Shown piece after piece: positions 62,432 to 64,000 of a stretch of 64,000 nucleotides of DNA. The notes beneath the pieces were generated by a model. It had not been told where the DNA came from, did not search any database, and saw only the letters and a program-made list of their open reading frames with translations. Within the stretch, counting starts at the first letter, position 1. Each line of letters starts with the position of its first letter. The position numbers and the translations under genes were made by a program. The stretch is from an uncultured Christensenellaceae bacterium (lineage in GTDB: Bacteria > Bacillota > Clostridia > Christensenellales > Borkfalkiaceae), in contig CAJUJF010000010.1 of the NCBI GenBank assembly GCA_910586825.1, positions 5,589 to 69,588 on the forward strand, written 5' to 3'.

Positions 62432-63702
62432 AACCGCCGATCCCTCCTTGTCCGCACCCCGATTTTATCGACGCGGAAAAACCGATCCCGCCCCGCAATT
62501 TTCAGCGAAAACTCCCCGCCGCGCAACGCCTTCGGAAGCCGGTATTTCCCCGCTTTGCCGCTTAAAAGGGTTTCGTTGCCCGCCGCGTCTTTGAGCGTTA
62601 TCGCGAACGGTCCCGTTCCGCACACTTCGATCTCTTCGAGAAAGGTCTCCTTCCAATTCTCTTCCCCGAACGCAAAAGAGACCGTTACCGAACATTCCCG
62701 CGAACTGCCCACGTCCTTATCGAGCAACTTGTAGACCGCTTTTCCGTTCACGAAATACACTTCACGGCAGGAGGCGAGCGCTTCGCACGCCGAATCGAGA
62801 TATCGCCCTTCCGCATACAGCGTGTCGTACGCGTACAGTTTTCCGGCGTTCCTGACGGTGACGGAGGCGTAGTAATTCCCCCGTTCGCTTCCGCCCCAGA
62901 TCGGTTTTGTGAGATCGATTTCGCCGTCGTCCGCGTTTTTAACGCGCTCGCACGCGCCGCCGCGGTAGGCGTACAGCCCGCGTTCGGTAAAAAAGAACAC
63001 GCTGTCGCCGCAACGGGCGACCGAGCCTTTCACGATTTTCGGACAGGCGCATACGGGCGCGGCTTTAAAATTGAGCGGGTCGGCAAACGCCGTAAACGCG
63101 CTGACACCGTACTCGCGGAACAAGAGAAGCCGTTCTCCGAACGGAACGATTTCGAGAATGTTGCCGAACGCGTCGGGCGGAAGATCGAGAAATCCCGCGC
63201 TCTGCGTCGAACGGTCGGAAAAGGTATCGTAAGAAAGGGCGGCGGAATAATTGATGCGCGTACCGTTTCCGATAAAGATCCGCTCGTGATGAAACGCCGC
63301 GCACGTTCCGCCCGTCGTCGTTCCGATCGTCTTGATCGTCGTTCCCATCAACTTGTAACAGCGACTCGCGCCGACGGCGATCGAGAACGTCTCCCCGTCC
63401 GCATCCTTGTATTCCACGACGCGGTTCAGATTGCTGAACCCCGTTCTGTTCGTCCCCTCTTCGAGATAAAACAGCCGTCCGCCCTCATAGGCGTAGTTAT
63501 CCGATTCGGTGCAGAATAGTTTGGAGACCTGCATCGTGAGTTCGTACACTTTTGCGATCTGTTCGGCGCAGATGAATGCGCCGTTCTCCCGTCGCGCATG
63601 CTCCAAATGAACGGAACGGACGATCCCCCCCGCGCGGATTTCTCCCGCGGGGATCGTGTACGTCCTGTAAGTCGCGGCGGGAACCGCAAGCGTTTTTTCC
63701 AT
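62428..63702 (-). CDS. Hypothetical beta-rich protein (424 aa), possibly a phage virion or tail-associated protein
   Basis: The ATG at 63702 has GGAGGTG upstream and a TAATG overlap with the preceding ORF. The sequence is beta-strand rich and repetitive (FFFTERGLYAYRGG, YFVNGKAVYKL), suggesting a propeller or tail-fibre fold. I recognised no family. Confidence 0.5.
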   Translation of the reverse strand: MEKTLAVPAATYRTYTIPAGEIRAGGIVRSVHLEHARRENGAFICAEQIAKVYELTMQVSKLFCTESDNYAYEGGRLFYLEEGTNRTGFSNLNRVVEYKDADGETFSIAVGASRCYKLMGTTIKTIGTTTGGTCAAFHHERIFIGNGTRINYSAALSYDTFSDRSTQSAGFLDLPPDAFGNILEIVPFGERLLLFREYGVSAFTAFADPLNFKAAPVCACPKIVKGSVARCGDSVFFFTERGLYAYRGGACERVKNADDGEIDLTKPIWGGSERGNYYASVTVRNAGKLYAYDTLYAEGRYLDSACEALASCREVYFVNGKAVYKLLDKDVGSSRECSVTVSFAFGEENWKETFLEEIEVCGTGPFAITLKDAAGNETLLSGKAGKYRLPKALRGGEFSLKIAGRDRFFRVDKIGVRTRRDRRL

Positions 63703-64000
63703 TACAGCCACCTCCGCGCCCGCACTTTGAGACGGCGGCGAATGATCTCCGCCGCCCGCAGCGCGTCGCGGAAGCGACGTTCCCAGAGCGCCGCCTCGGC
63801 ATAGCGCGCCGAAGTCAGACAGAATTCGCACGCCACGCCGTACGAGAGCAACCGCGCGGTGATCTTTCCCGAAAACTCGCTTTCGCCGACGATTTCCTTG
63901 TGCTCGGGCGCATAGGCGTAAACGACCGTCAGGGCGCCCGTCTCGGCGGGAACGGAAAGATATGCAGGGTGCGCTTCGAAGTCCACGTCGCGGCCGTCCC
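63702..64000 (-). CDS. Hypothetical protein, 5' end possibly beyond the window
   Basis: The frame is open to the window edge, with a possible GTG at 63986. The C-terminus reads YAEAALWERRFRDALRAAEIIRRRLKVRARRWL. It is translationally coupled to the next gene. Confidence 0.45.
   Translation of the reverse strand, partial: DGRDVDFEAHPAYLSVPAETGALTVVYAYAPEHKEIVGESEFSGKITARLLSYGVACEFCLTSARYAEAALWERRFRDALRAAEIIRRRLKVRARRWL

Overview
This 64-kb window comes from a moderately high-GC genome (roughly 58-60 % by eye, not computed). It looks like an endospore-forming Firmicute of the Clostridia type, given yunB, spoVAC, prs-pth-mfd synteny and ecfA1-ecfA2-ecfT-truA. Almost everything from 0.3 kb to 49.2 kb is on the minus strand.

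Housekeeping genes:
- Left end: murG (partial), yunB, uppP, a PrsA-like lipoprotein, mfd, pth, prs, malic enzyme.
- 43.6-49.2 kb: mnmE, truA and the ECF transporter module.
- 51-56 kb: PFOR and an Fe-alcohol dehydrogenase.

Accessory and metabolic genes:
- A GH51-like arabinofuranosidase lipoprotein, a GH127 enzyme and ribokinase.
- An MFS transporter.
- A Na/Pi-cotransporter/PhoU protein, preceded by what looks like a yybP-ykoY (Mn2+) riboswitch with a terminator.
- A low-GC cytidine/guanine-type deaminase next to tRNA-Ser(CGA).
- A low-GC BspA-type LRR lipoprotein with a highly structured, terminator-containing leader.
- A membrane-bound XRE regulator disrupted by a 5-bp tandem duplication.

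The dominant feature is a co-directional island of about 25 kb (17.8-42.7 kb), in transcription order:
- A promoter, then hybrid sensor kinase, orphan solute-binding lipoprotein, REC/HD-GYP/GGDEF response regulator and stand-alone Hpt.
- Two small coiled-coil proteins.
- An uninterrupted 14,931-nt ORF for a 4,976-aa repeat-built surface protein. It has a Sec signal, a C-terminal TM anchor, a cytoplasmic tail and no LPXTG.
- An 849-aa membrane-tethered protein whose start overlaps the giant gene's stop (TAATG). It carries three copies of an uncharacterised basic domain; two copies come from a near-perfect 642-bp in-frame tandem duplication.

The right edge (61.9-64 kb) holds the end of a phage-like gene string. 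I saw no rRNA, CRISPR array, transposase or integrase. All calls come from reading the sequence and the ORF track, with no database searches.
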